64,000 nt of DNA from an uncultured delta proteobacterium (GTDB taxonomy: Bacteria; Myxococcota_A; UBA9160; SMWR01). Under the pieces are notes generated by a model. It was not told the DNA's origin. It made no database searches and saw only the letters and a list, made by a program, of their open reading frames with translations. The DNA lies in contig CAWHTE010000003.1 of assembly GCA_963832165.1 (NCBI GenBank), positions 512,001 through 576,000 of the forward strand. The letters are read 5' to 3'. This document shows positions 20,761 to 31,299 of this stretch, piece by piece. A program made the translations under genes and the position numbers. Position 1 is the stretch's first letter. Each line of letters starts with the position of its first letter.

Positions 20761-21882
20761 TTGACGGAGAACGCACTGAGCGTGCTGATCCGCTCTTCGG
20801 CACTGTGGGCGATCGTGCTCGCGGGCGCTGCGTTCTGGATCGAGCACACGGCTCCGGAGCGCCACGTGCTGATCTTCCTCGCGGCTTGCGGTGCAATCGT
20901 CCCGCTCGCGGGTTGGCTCGGCCATTCCACGGAGCAGCTCGCGGACCGGGCCGGGGAGGGCCTCGGCGGATTCCTCAACGCAACGCTCGGGAATGCCGCC
21001 GAGCTGATCATCGCGGTGATCGCGTTGCGCCAGGGCCAGATCGACATCGTGAAGGCGTCGATCGCCGGCTCGATCATCGGCAACATCCTGCTCGTGCTGG
21101 GCGCGGCATTCCTGCTCGGCGGGCTGCGCTACCCGGTACAGCGCTTCGACCCGCTCGGCGGTCGCAACGCCGTGTCGACGCTCCTGGTCAGCTCGGTCGC
21201 GCTGGTGATCGTCGGCGTGTACAACGCGCTCGGCCGCACGTCCGAACGCGCCGCGGAAGTGAGCTCGATCGTGGATGAGCTCAGCCTGGCGATCGCGTTG
21301 ATCCTGTTGGTCGTCTACGGCCTGAATCTCCTGTTCTCGCTCGGGACACACCGCAAGTTCTTCGAAGGCGAGCGGCCGCCCGACGCCGCCGCCGCGCAGG
21401 CCGAGCCCCACGAGGCGCCGTGGAGCCTCGGGCAGATCCTCGCGGTGATGGGCGTGGCCACGGTGGGCATCGCCTGGATGAGCGAGATCATGGTCGGCTC
21501 CGTAACGGAAGCCGCCGACGCGCTCGGCATGTCGAAGGTCTTCGTCGGGGTGATCGTCGTGGCGCTGGTCGGCAATGCCGCCGAGCACAGCACGGCCGTG
21601 ATCGTGGCGCGCAAGAACCGCATGGACCTCGCATTCGGGATCGCGGTCGGCAGCAGCATCCAGATCGCGCTGTTCGTGGCGCCGCTCCTGGTGCTGCTCT
21701 CGTACGCGATCGCGCCGCAGCCGATGAACCTCGCCTTCACCTCCGGCGAGGGTCTGGCCGTGATCCTGGCCATCACCACCGTGTCACACCTGCTCGGCGA
21801 TGGCCGTTCCACCTGGTTCGAAGGGGCGCTGCTGCTGGCCGTCTACCTGATCCTGGCGCTCGCGTTCTACTTTCTTCCCTAG
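20761..21882 (+). CDS. cax: Calcium/proton exchanger (CaCA family)
   Basis: Alpha repeats GGFLNATLGNAAELI and VGNAAEH, GSIIGNILLVLG, GSSIQIALFVAP. Confidence 0.92.
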   Translation: MTENALSVLIRSSALWAIVLAGAAFWIEHTAPERHVLIFLAACGAIVPLAGWLGHSTEQLADRAGEGLGGFLNATLGNAAELIIAVIALRQGQIDIVKASIAGSIIGNILLVLGAAFLLGGLRYPVQRFDPLGGRNAVSTLLVSSVALVIVGVYNALGRTSERAAEVSSIVDELSLAIALILLVVYGLNLLFSLGTHRKFFEGERPPDAAAAQAEPHEAPWSLGQILAVMGVATVGIAWMSEIMVGSVTEAADALGMSKVFVGVIVVALVGNAAEHSTAVIVARKNRMDLAFGIAVGSSIQIALFVAPLLVLLSYAIAPQPMNLAFTSGEGLAVILAITTVSHLLGDGRSTWFEGALLLAVYLILALAFYFLP

Positions 21883-21894
21883 GACACCGCTTCC

Positions 21895-23173
21895 ATGTTC
21901 ACCGCCGATTGGGCCTTCCGCTTCGCCGTCGCGCTCGGGCTCGGCCTGCTGCTCGGGCTCGAGCGGGAGTGGGCGAAGGACGAGGACGAGTCCACGTTCG
22001 CCGGTATACGCACGTTCGCGATGATCACGCTGACGGGCGCGGTAGCCGCGTTCCTCCAGGATGAGCTGGGGCTGAACGGACTGGCGATCGGCGCGTTCGC
22101 CGCGATCGGCACGTTGATCGTGGTGTCGTATGCAGTGACCGCCGCAAAGGGCGAAGTCGGGATGACGACCGAGGTGTCGGCGCTGCTGGCCTTCGTCGTC
22201 GGCATGCTGTGCGGGTTCGGACAGGAAGGAGTGGCGAGCGCCGCAGCGGTGGCGTCGCTGCTCCTGCTCGCGCTCAAGGATTACCTGCACCGACTCGCGC
22301 GGCGCGTCGAGGTCGCCGACATCTACGCGACGCTCAAGTTCGCGCTGATCAGCCTGATCATCCTGCCGCTCCTGCCCAACGAGACGTTCGGGCCACCGCC
22401 GATCGATGTGATCAACCCGTACAAGATCTGGTGGATGGTCGTGCTGATCGCGGGGCTCAACTTCGTCGGCTACCTGCTCGTGAAGGTGCTCGGCAACGAG
22501 CACGGGATCGGCCTGACCGGTGTGCTCGGCGGCCTCGTCTCCAGCACCGCGGTGACGCTCAGCTTCTCGCAGCGCAGCCGCAAGGAGCCGGCGCAGGCGC
22601 AGGCGTTCGTGCTGGCGATCGTGCTCGCCTGGACGATCATGTTCGTGCGCGTCGTGGTCATGACCGCCATCGTGTACCGCCCGCTCGCAGCCCCACTCGG
22701 GGTTGCGCTCGGCATGATGACGATTGTCGGCATCGGGGTATCTCTGGTGCTCTGGCGACGCGGTCGATCGCGCTCGACCGGCACCGTCACGACCGGCGCC
22801 AACCCGTTCGAGCTCGGCGAGGCGATCAAGTTCGGGCTGCTGTTCGGGGTGGTGACGGTCGCCGCGAAGGCCGCCCAGGAATACTTCGGCGAAACCGGCC
22901 TCTATCTCGCGGGCGCCGTCGCGGGCCTCACCGACGTCGATGCGATCGCCCTCTCGATGGCGAACCTCGCCGCGACGAGCCCCGACAGCACCGCGGTGGC
23001 GGCGCGCACGATCGTGATCGCGGTGCTCGCGAACACCGCGACGAAGACCGCTATGGCGGCGTCGATGGGCGCACCCAAGCTGCGTCGGACGCTGCTATTC
23101 ACCACGGGTCTCTTGTTGGTCGCGGCCGTGATCGGCATCGTGCTCGCGAACCAGTCTCACACCCGCGATCTAG
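21895..23173 (+). CDS. MgtC/SapB-DUF4010 membrane protein (reads through into ppk2 in this sequence; end approximate)
   Basis: GLLLGLERE, FAGIRTF, GMTTE, NPYKIWWMVVLI, GGLVSSTAVT, NPFEL, GLTDVDAI. Confidence 0.85.
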
Positions 23174-23184
23174 GAGGACTTCCC

Positions 23185-24087
23185 ATGACGATTCGCCAGG
23201 ACCTGATCGATCGCTTCCGTGTACCGCCGGGCAAGAAGCTCAAGCTCAAGGACCACGATCCGGGCTGGGCGCAGACCAAGGAGATGAAGGAGCTCGGCAA
23301 GGACACCGTCAAGGAGCGCGCGCAGGCGATCCTCGCGGAGAACCTCGCCGAGCTCGCCCACGCTCAGGAGCTGCTCTACGCGAACGACGTCTACTCGGTG
23401 CTCGTCTGTCTCCAGGCGATGGACGCGGCGGGCAAGGACGGCACGATCAAGCACGTCATGACCGGCATGAACCCGCAGGGCGTGCAGGTATTCGCGTTCA
23501 AGGCGCCGTCGGCCGAGGAGCTCGATCACAACTTCCTGTGGCGCTACATGAAGGCGCTGCCCGAGCGCGGCCGGATCGGGATCTTCAACCGCTCGTACTA
23601 CGAAGACGTGCTCGTCGTGCGCGTCCATCCCGAGCTGCTCGAGCGGCAGAAGCTGCCTCCGGGCAAGCGCGGGGCCGGGTTCTGGAAGGATCGCTACGAG
23701 GACATCAACGCGTTCGAGCGCCATCTCGTCCGGAACGGAACGGTGGTCGTGAAGTTCTTCCTGAACGTCTCGAAGAAGGAGCAGAAGCAGCGCTTCCTCG
23801 AGCGTCTCGACAACCCGGAGAAGAACTGGAAGTTCTCGAGCGCGGATCTCGCCGAGCGGGGCCATTGGGACGATTACGTCGAGGCCTTCGAGGAAGCGCT
23901 CAGCGCCACGAGCACGGAGTGGGCGCCGTGGTACGTGGTTCCCGCCGACAACAAGTGGATCACGCGCGCGGTGGTCGCGGACCTCCTGTCGTCCGCGATC
24001 GAAGAGCTCGGGTTGGAAGCGCCGAAGGTGCCGAAGGACAAGAAGCGAGAGCTCGACGCTGCGCGCAAGAAGCTGCTTGCAGAGTAG
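23185..24087 (+). CDS. ppk2: Polyphosphate kinase 2 family protein
   Basis: Own RBS AGGAGG and ATG 23185; QAMDAAGKDGTIKHV, FKAPSAEELDHNFLWR, IFNRSYYEDVLVVRVH, WYVVPADNKW. Confidence 0.92.
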   Translation: MTIRQDLIDRFRVPPGKKLKLKDHDPGWAQTKEMKELGKDTVKERAQAILAENLAELAHAQELLYANDVYSVLVCLQAMDAAGKDGTIKHVMTGMNPQGVQVFAFKAPSAEELDHNFLWRYMKALPERGRIGIFNRSYYEDVLVVRVHPELLERQKLPPGKRGAGFWKDRYEDINAFERHLVRNGTVVVKFFLNVSKKEQKQRFLERLDNPEKNWKFSSADLAERGHWDDYVEAFEEALSATSTEWAPWYVVPADNKWITRAVVADLLSSAIEELGLEAPKVPKDKKRELDAARKKLLAE

Positions 24088-26441
24088 GCGAGCCCTGAGG
24101 AGGCGCGGGCTGATCCTGGTTCCGCTGCTCGCGCTCGCGCTGGGAAATACCTGCGCGACGTCGCCCGCGGAGCCGCCGCAGCTCGAGCTTCCCGAACCGC
24201 CTGAACGCGCGCTCGGCGCCAACGAGGCGGACGCCGTCCGGCGCGTCGTCGAGCGCCGCTGCATGGTGTGTCACGCCTGTTACGACGCGCCGTGTCAGCT
24301 CGTGCTCTCGAGCGCCGAGGGGCTCGCGCGCGGCGCCAACAAGGATCCCGTCTACGACGCCGCCCGTCTGCTCGCGGCCCCCCCGACGCGGCTCGGCATC
24401 GATGCACAAACCCCCGAACAGTGGCGCGAGCGCGGATTCTTTCCGGTCCACACCCATGGCTCCGATGGATCGCCGAGCCCGCTGCTCGGGATGCTCGCAC
24501 TCGGCGCGGTGCACGAGTTCGAGCCCGATCAACCGCTGCCCGCGGACTTCCCGCTCGCCAGGGATCGCGCGCTCCACTGTCCCCGCGCGGACGATTTTCC
24601 GGCGTATGCCGCGGGTCACCCGGACGGCGGCATGCCGTACGGGATGGCGCGCCTCAGCGACGAGGAATACCGGATCATCGGAGAATGGGCGGCGTCCGAT
24701 GCACCGACGCGTCCACCGCCGCCGCTGCCCGCCGACCTCGCCGCAGAGATCGCGGACTGGGAGCGCCTGCTGAACGAACCCTCGCTCGAGGCGCGCGTCG
24801 CGGCCCGCTATGCGTACGAGCACTGGGCGTTCGCTCACTTCTACTTCCCGAGCCATCCCGACGGTCCGTTCTTCGAGGTCGTGCGCTCGCGGACGCCGGC
24901 GCCCGAGCCGATCGACGTGATCGCGACGCGCCTTCCGTACGACGACCCCGGCGTCGATCGCTTCTGGTACCGGCTGCGCCGGGTCGACGCGGCGATCGTC
25001 CACAAGACCCACATCACCTACCGGCTCGGTCCCGAGCGGCTCGCGCGCTACCGCGAGCTGTTCCTCGCCGGCGACTGGAAGGCGACGCGCTTCCCGAGCT
25101 GGAAGCCGGAGAAGGCTTCGAATCCCTTCGTCGCGTTCGCGGAGATCCCCGCGCGCTCGCGCTACCAGTTCTTCCTCGACGACACGCTCTACTTCGTCCA
25201 GACCTTCATCCGCGGGCCGGTCTGTCACGGCAGCGCCGCGACCGACGTGATCAACGACCGCTTCTTCGTCGCGTTCCTCGACCCGGATCACGACCTCTCG
25301 GTCGTCGATCCGACGCTGCTGCGCGATGCGAAGGAATATCTGCGCCTGCCCGCGGAGGGCGGGGAGAACCTCGTGGGGAGCTGGCTGCGCTACGACCGCA
25401 GCCAGAAGCGCTGGCGCGATCGCCGCGCGGCCGGGTATCGCAAGTGGCTCGCGGGTCGCGCTCCCGATCTCGAGTTCATGTGGGATGGTGATGGGAAGCA
25501 CCCCGGCGCGCTGCTCACGGTGTTCCGGAACTACGACAACGCGATGGTAGTCGAGGGATGGTGGGGAGCCGATCCGAAGACCCTCTGGGTGATGGACTAT
25601 CCGATCTTCGAGCGCATCTACTACGACCTCGTCGCGGGCTTCGACGTGTTCGGCAACGTGGGCCACCAGCTCGGCGTGCGCCTCTACATGGACAACCTCC
25701 GCATGGAGTCTGAGGATCTGTTCCTGGTACTTCTGCCGGAGCCGATGCGCGAGCCGATCCGCGCGAGCTGGTACGTCGGCGCGACGATGCAGCTCAAGTA
25801 CACGCTCGTGAACAAGCTGCGCAGCCGCGGCATCGCGTCGGGCGTGCGCTACCGCACCAGCGATCCGAAGGCGGAGCTGATCGCGCTGATGCGCGAACGC
25901 GCCGCCGCGGTCGCGGGCCCGCCGGACGAGATCAATCGCTGCACGGATTCGGACTGCGAGCGCGCCGAATGTGACTTCGGTGCAGCGCCGCGCCGATCGC
26001 GCGTTCCGTCGGCTCTCGGCCGCGAAGGGCCGCTTCGCGGAGCACCTGCCCGAGATCTCCCTCGTGCGCGTCGGAGGTGCCGGCCGCGATGCCGCCGCCT
26101 ACACGTTGGTGCACGACCGCGAGCACACCAACGTGGCCGCGATCTTCCGCGAGGAGGCGCGGCTCGAGCCCGATGAAGACCGGATCACGATCCTCGCGGG
26201 GATCGCCGGCAGCTATCCGAATTTCGCGTTCGACGTGGCGACCGACGAGGTCGAGGCCTTCGTCGATGCGCTGCTCGCGATGGCCGCGCCGCAAGATCTC
26301 GGCTCCGTTGCGTCGCGCTGGGGCGTGCGCCGCACGAGCCCGCGCTTCTGGCCGGCGCTCGACTGGTTCCAGGATCGGCTCATCGACCAGGGTCGCCGCG
26401 AGGCGGGCGTGCTCGACTGGAACCGCTACGAGAACTGGTGA
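24077..26441 (+). CDS. cti: Fatty acid cis/trans isomerase (heme c), frameshift near 25970; start uncertain
   Basis: RCMVCHACYDAPCQL (CxxCH), RGANKDPVY, FIRGPVC, ERIYYDLVAGFDVFGNVGHQL..RLYMD, C-terminal GSYPNF and VLDWNRYENW. Confidence 0.9.
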
Positions 26442-26451
26442 GGAGGACTGC

Positions 26452-27747
26452 TTGCTCTGGCTAGGCCTCGCGATCCTGCTCTCGTGCATCCTGATCGGCG
26501 CGCGCGTCGGCGGGATCGGTCTCGGGGCTGTGTCGGGACTGGGCCTGCTCGTGTTCGTCTTCGTACTCCGGATGCCGCCCGGCAATCCGCCGAGCACCGT
26601 GCTCGGCATGATCATCGCCGTGATCACGGCGCTGGCTGTGATGCAGGCGGCCGGCGGCCTCGACTACCTGCTGGAGCTCGCCGAGGCGGTGCTGCGGCGC
26701 AACCCCGCGCGGATCACGCTGCTCGCCCCGATCGTGACCTACGCGCTGATCTTCGTCTCGGGCACGCAACACGTGATCTACGCGCTGTTGCCGATCATCG
26801 CGGAGGTCTCGCGCAAGGCGGGGATCCGCCCCGAGCGGCCGCTCTCGATCAGCGTGATCGCGTCACAGCAGGGACTCACGGCGTCGCCGATCTCGGCGGT
26901 CACGGTTGCGCTGATCGGCGCGCTCTCCGGATCGACGGTCGGGCTGCCGCAGATCCTGCTCGTCACGATCCCGGCGACGCTGGTCGGCGTCGCTGCGGGC
27001 GTCCTCACCGTGTTCTGGCGCGGCGTCGAGCTCGGCGACGATCCCGAGTACCGAAGGCGCGTCGCGGAGGGCAAGATCGCCGAGGTCGGTAGCACGGCGC
27101 GGCTCGAGGGCCGCGCCCGGCGCAACGCGATCGGCTCGTGCGCGGTGTTCTTCGCGTCGATTGCGGTCGTCGTGCTGCTCGGGCTGGTGCCTGCGCTGCG
27201 CCCGCACGTCGAGATGGGCCGCGCGATCATGATCGTGATGCTCGCGTGCGCTGGCGCGACCCTGCTCGTGTTCGGCGCGAGCCCGGAGGCCGCGGTGAAG
27301 GGCGGGGTGATGAAGGGCGGACTCGTCGCGTTCATCTGCATTCTCGGCGTCTCGTGGATGGGCTCGTCGTTCTTTCACGCCAACGAGACCCAGATCGTCG
27401 GCGGCATGTCCGGACTCGTGAAGGCCTATCCGTGGTCCTTCGCGCTCTGCCTGTTCACGCTCTCGATCCTCTTGATGAGCCAGGCGGCCACGATCGTCAC
27501 GCTGGCTCCGGTCGCAGCGGCGATCGGTCTGCCGCCCGCAGTCTTTCTCGGCGTATACCCCGCCGTGAACGGGACGTTCTTCCTGCCCACGTACGGGACG
27601 GTGCTCGCGGCGGTCTCGCTCGATCAGACCGGCACGACGCGGATCGGGAAGTTCGTGCTGAACCACAGCTTCATGCTTCCCGGCCTCGTGAGCACGCTCG
27701 TATCGACCGCGGTCGCGCTGGCTCTGGGCTCGACCTTCATCCAGTGA
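26452..27747 (+). CDS. Anaerobic C4-dicarboxylate transporter (DcuA/DcuB family)
   Basis: RBS AGGAGG + TTG; IGARVGGIGLG, MQAAGGLD, IRPERPLS, ASPISA, FFLPTY, DQTGTTRIGKFVLNHSFMLPG. Confidence 0.92.
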   Translation: MLWLGLAILLSCILIGARVGGIGLGAVSGLGLLVFVFVLRMPPGNPPSTVLGMIIAVITALAVMQAAGGLDYLLELAEAVLRRNPARITLLAPIVTYALIFVSGTQHVIYALLPIIAEVSRKAGIRPERPLSISVIASQQGLTASPISAVTVALIGALSGSTVGLPQILLVTIPATLVGVAAGVLTVFWRGVELGDDPEYRRRVAEGKIAEVGSTARLEGRARRNAIGSCAVFFASIAVVVLLGLVPALRPHVEMGRAIMIVMLACAGATLLVFGASPEAAVKGGVMKGGLVAFICILGVSWMGSSFFHANETQIVGGMSGLVKAYPWSFALCLFTLSILLMSQAATIVTLAPVAAAIGLPPAVFLGVYPAVNGTFFLPTYGTVLAAVSLDQTGTTRIGKFVLNHSFMLPGLVSTLVSTAVALALGSTFIQ

Positions 27748-27755
27748 GGATCTCC

Positions 27756-29258
27756 ATGCACGCAAACTTCCGGATCGTGCCCATGGCGCTCGTGCTCTCG
27801 CTCGCCTGGGCGAGTGGCGCGGCGCGAGCGCAGTCTCGCACCGAGAAGGATCTGCTCGGCGAAAAGCAGGTCCCGGCCGACGCCTACTACGGCGTGCAGA
27901 CCGCGCGTGCAATCGAGAACTTCCCGATCTCGGGCGTCTCGATCGGCCACTATCCCGAGTTCGTCGACGCGCTCGTGCTCGTGAAGCTCGCCGCGGCGCG
28001 CGCGAATGCCGAGGCCGGCGCGCTCTCCAAGGAGAAGCTCGCGGCGATCGAGAAGGCCGGGCGCGCGATCCTCGATGGGCGCTACCGCGATCAGTTCGCG
28101 GTCGACTGGTACCAGGGCGGAGCCGGCACCTCGGCCAACATGAACGCCAACGAGGTGATGGCGAACGTCGCGCTCGAGTTCATGGATCGTCCCAAGGGCG
28201 ACTACGAGACGATCGATCCGCACGACGACCTGAACGGCGGCCAGTCGACCAACGACGTCTTCCCCACCGCGCTCAAGGTCGCCTTCGCGATGCGCAACGA
28301 CCGGCTCGTGAAGCGACGTCGAGGAGCTGGCGCGGGGCGTTTCGCGCCAAGGGCGCGGAATTCCTGCGCACGGTGAAGATGGGCCGAACCGAGCTGCAGG
28401 ACGCCGTGCCGATGACCGTCGGGCAGGAGATGCACGCGTTCGCGGCCACGCTCGAGGACGGAGATCGGCGCAGCTGCGCGAGGCCGAGCAGCGCGCTCTA
28501 TCCGATCAACATGGGCGGCACGGCGATCGGCACGGGTCTGAATGCACCGCGCGGCTTCGCGAAGGACACCGCGAAACATCTCGCAAAGCTGACCAGGAAA
28601 GCCGTTCACGCGCGCCGACGGATCTCATCGCGGCGACCTCGAGCCTGCACGGCTTCGTCGTCTATGCGGACGCGCTGCGCAGCCTCGCGGCCACGCTCTC
28701 GAAGGTCGCGGGCGATCTGATCCTGCTTTCGTCGGGCCCGCGCGCGGGCCTCTCCGAGCTCGAGCTCCCGCCGCTCCAGCCTGGCTCCTCGATCATGCCC
28801 GGCAAGGTGAACCCGGTGATGCCCGAGCTGCTTAAGCTCGTATCGATGCGCGTCGTCGGCGAATTCGCTCGCGGTCGAGCTCGCGGCGCGCGAAGGGCAG
28901 CTCCAGCTCAACGCCTACGAGCCGCTCGTGGGCGTCGCCGTGCTCGAGTCGCAGATGCTGCTCTCGAACACGCTCGACGCCGTCCGCACGCGCTGCGTCG
29001 ACGGGCATCGGCGTGAATCAGCGCACGCTCGACCGCCACCTGGCCGAGACGGTCGGCATCGTGACGGCGCTCAACCCCGTCATCGGCTATGACCGCGCGA
29101 GCGAGCTCGCGCGCGAGGCCTATGAAACGAATCGCGGGATCCTGGAGATCGTGCGCGAGCGAAAACTCCTCACCGAGGAGCAGATCGCCGAGGTCCTCGA
29201 TCCCGAGAAGCTCACGAATCTCGATCCGAAGTCGTATCCGGCGCCGAAGAAGCGGTGA
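27756..29258 (+). CDS. aspA: Aspartate ammonia-lyase with N-terminal signal peptide; many indels between about 28310 and 29010
   Basis: RTEKDLLGEKQVPADAYYGVQTARAIENF, QGGAGTSANMNANEV, QSTNDVFPT, KMGRTELQDAVP, GGTAIGTG, GSSIMPGKVNPV, GQLQLNAYEP, TALNPVIGY across successive frames. Confidence 0.88.
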
Positions 29259-29285
29259 CCGGGAGCCCCAACAGGAGGAGTCCTC

Positions 29286-30350
29286 ATGTCTCGCATCGTC
29301 CGAAGCCTCTCGATCGCATTCGCGCTCTCGTGCGTTGCAAGCGCCGCAGCCGCCGAAGGCGAGCTCCCGAAGGTCGCCGTGCTCGCGACCGGCGGCACGA
29401 TCGCGGGTGCGGCCGCGAGCGACGTGACCGCCGGCTACACCTCGGGGCAGGTCGGCGTCGAGCAGCTGCTCGCCGCCGTCCCCCAGGCCGGCAAGCTCGC
29501 AGCGCTCTCGGGCGAGCAGGTCTCCAACATCGGCTCCCAGGACATGGACGACGCAGTGTGGCTCAAGCTCGCCCAGCGCGTGAACGAGCTCGCGAGCAGC
29601 GAGGACGTGAACGGAATCGTGATCACGCACGGGACGGACACGATCGAGGAGACCGCGTACTTCTTGAGCCTCGTCGTCAAGACCCCGAAGCCGGTGGTGA
29701 TGACGGGCTCGATGCGGCCGTCCACGGCGCTGTCGGCCGATGGGCCGCTCAACTTCTACAACGCCGTCGCGGTTGCGGCCGATCCATTCGCCGCGGAGCG
29801 CGGCGTGCTCGTGGTGATGAACGACTGGATCCACAGCGGGGCGGCGATCACGAAGACCAACACGACGGCCGTGCAGACATTCGCGTCACCGCTGCGCGGG
29901 CTGATCGGGACCGTCGCCTACGGTGCCACGGAGTACTACCGCTATCCGGTCGGCAAGGTCGGCCCGAAGAGCGAGTTCTCCGTGGATGGGGTCGAGAAAC
30001 TGCCGCGCGTCGACATCGTGTACGCGCACGCGGGCATGGACGGAACGCTGATCGATGCCGCCGCGAAGGCGGGCGCCAAGGGAATCGTCGTGGCGGGCGT
30101 CGGCAACGGGAACATGACGAAGGCGGCGCTCGCCGCGGTGGCGAAACACGCGAAGAAGGGCATCGTCGTCGTGCGCGCCACGCGCGTTCCGTCCGGCCGC
30201 GTGTCGCGCAACGTCGAGGTCGACGACGACGCCACCCGAACGGTCGCATCGGAGGAGCTCAACCCGGCCAAGGCACGCGTGCTGCTCAAGCTCGCGCTGC
30301 TCGGCAAGCGCGATCTCGAGGATGTGCAGCGCCTGTTCCGCGAATACTGA
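29286..30350 (+). CDS. ansB: Type II (periplasmic) L-asparaginase
   Basis: Signal peptide ending ASAAAA; ATGGTIAG, NIGSQDM, HGTDTIEETAY, GSMRPSTALSADGP, GVGNGN. Confidence 0.93.
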   Translation: MSRIVRSLSIAFALSCVASAAAAEGELPKVAVLATGGTIAGAAASDVTAGYTSGQVGVEQLLAAVPQAGKLAALSGEQVSNIGSQDMDDAVWLKLAQRVNELASSEDVNGIVITHGTDTIEETAYFLSLVVKTPKPVVMTGSMRPSTALSADGPLNFYNAVAVAADPFAAERGVLVVMNDWIHSGAAITKTNTTAVQTFASPLRGLIGTVAYGATEYYRYPVGKVGPKSEFSVDGVEKLPRVDIVYAHAGMDGTLIDAAAKAGAKGIVVAGVGNGNMTKAALAAVAKHAKKGIVVVRATRVPSGRVSRNVEVDDDATRTVASEELNPAKARVLLKLALLGKRDLEDVQRLFREY

Positions 30351-30351
30351 G

Positions 30352-31293
30352 ATGGCACACATCACCGGAACGGGGAAGTACGAGCATCTGCTCGAGCGGT
30401 GTCAGGGGCTCGAACCGATCCCGACCGCCGTGGCGCACCCGTGCGAGGAGACCGCGCTGTCGGGGGCGATCGACGCGGCCGAGCACGGACTCATCGCGCC
30501 GATCCTGGTCGGCCCGTCGGCCAAGATCGCCGAGATCGCCAGGCGCACGAAGAGCGACCTCGCGGGCATCGAGATCGTGGACGTCGCGCACAGCCACGAC
30601 GCCGCGGCGCGTTCCGTGCAGCTCGTGCGCGAGGGCCGGGCGGAGCTCCTGATGAAGGGCAGCCTGCATTCGGACGAGCTGCTCTCCGCGGTCGTATCGC
30701 GCGAGGGCCTGCGCACCGAGCGCCGCATCAGCCACGTGTTCATCATGGACGTTCCGACCTATCACAAGGTGCTGATCGTCACGGACGCGGCGATCAACAT
30801 CGCGCCGGGCCTGCAGGACAAGGTCGACATCTGCCAGAACGCGATCGACCTCGCGATCGCGCTCGGACTGGAGACGCCGAAGGTGGCAATCCTGGCCGCG
30901 GTCGAGACGGTGAATCCGACCATGCCGGCCACGATCGACGCGGCCGCGCTGTGCAAGATGGCCGAACGCGGGCAGATCCGCGGCGGCCTGCTCGACGGCC
31001 CGCTCGCGTTCGATAACGCGATCAGCGCGGAGGCCGCGAAGATCAAGGGGATCCGATCGGCGGTGGCAGGCGATCCGGACATCCTTCTCGTGCCGAACCT
31101 CGAGGCGGGCAACATGCTGGCCAAGCAGCTCACCTTCCTCGCCAACGCCGACAGCGCCGGAATCGTGCTGGGCGCCGCGCGCGTGCCCGTGATCCCGACC
31201 AGCCGCGCCGACAGCGTGCGCTCGCGGATCGCGAGCTGCGCGGTGGCGGTGCTCGCGGCGCATGCGCGGCGGCAGCAGGGCACCACCGGGTAG
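30352..31293 (+). CDS. pta: Phosphate acetyl/butyryltransferase
   Basis: LMKGSLHSD, LRTERRISH, TDAAINIAP, DGPLAFDNA, PNLEAGNMLAK, TSRADS. Confidence 0.9.
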   Translation: MAHITGTGKYEHLLERCQGLEPIPTAVAHPCEETALSGAIDAAEHGLIAPILVGPSAKIAEIARRTKSDLAGIEIVDVAHSHDAAARSVQLVREGRAELLMKGSLHSDELLSAVVSREGLRTERRISHVFIMDVPTYHKVLIVTDAAINIAPGLQDKVDICQNAIDLAIALGLETPKVAILAAVETVNPTMPATIDAAALCKMAERGQIRGGLLDGPLAFDNAISAEAAKIKGIRSAVAGDPDILLVPNLEAGNMLAKQLTFLANADSAGIVLGAARVPVIPTSRADSVRSRIASCAVAVLAAHARRQQGTTG

Positions 31294-31299
31294 TCTGGA

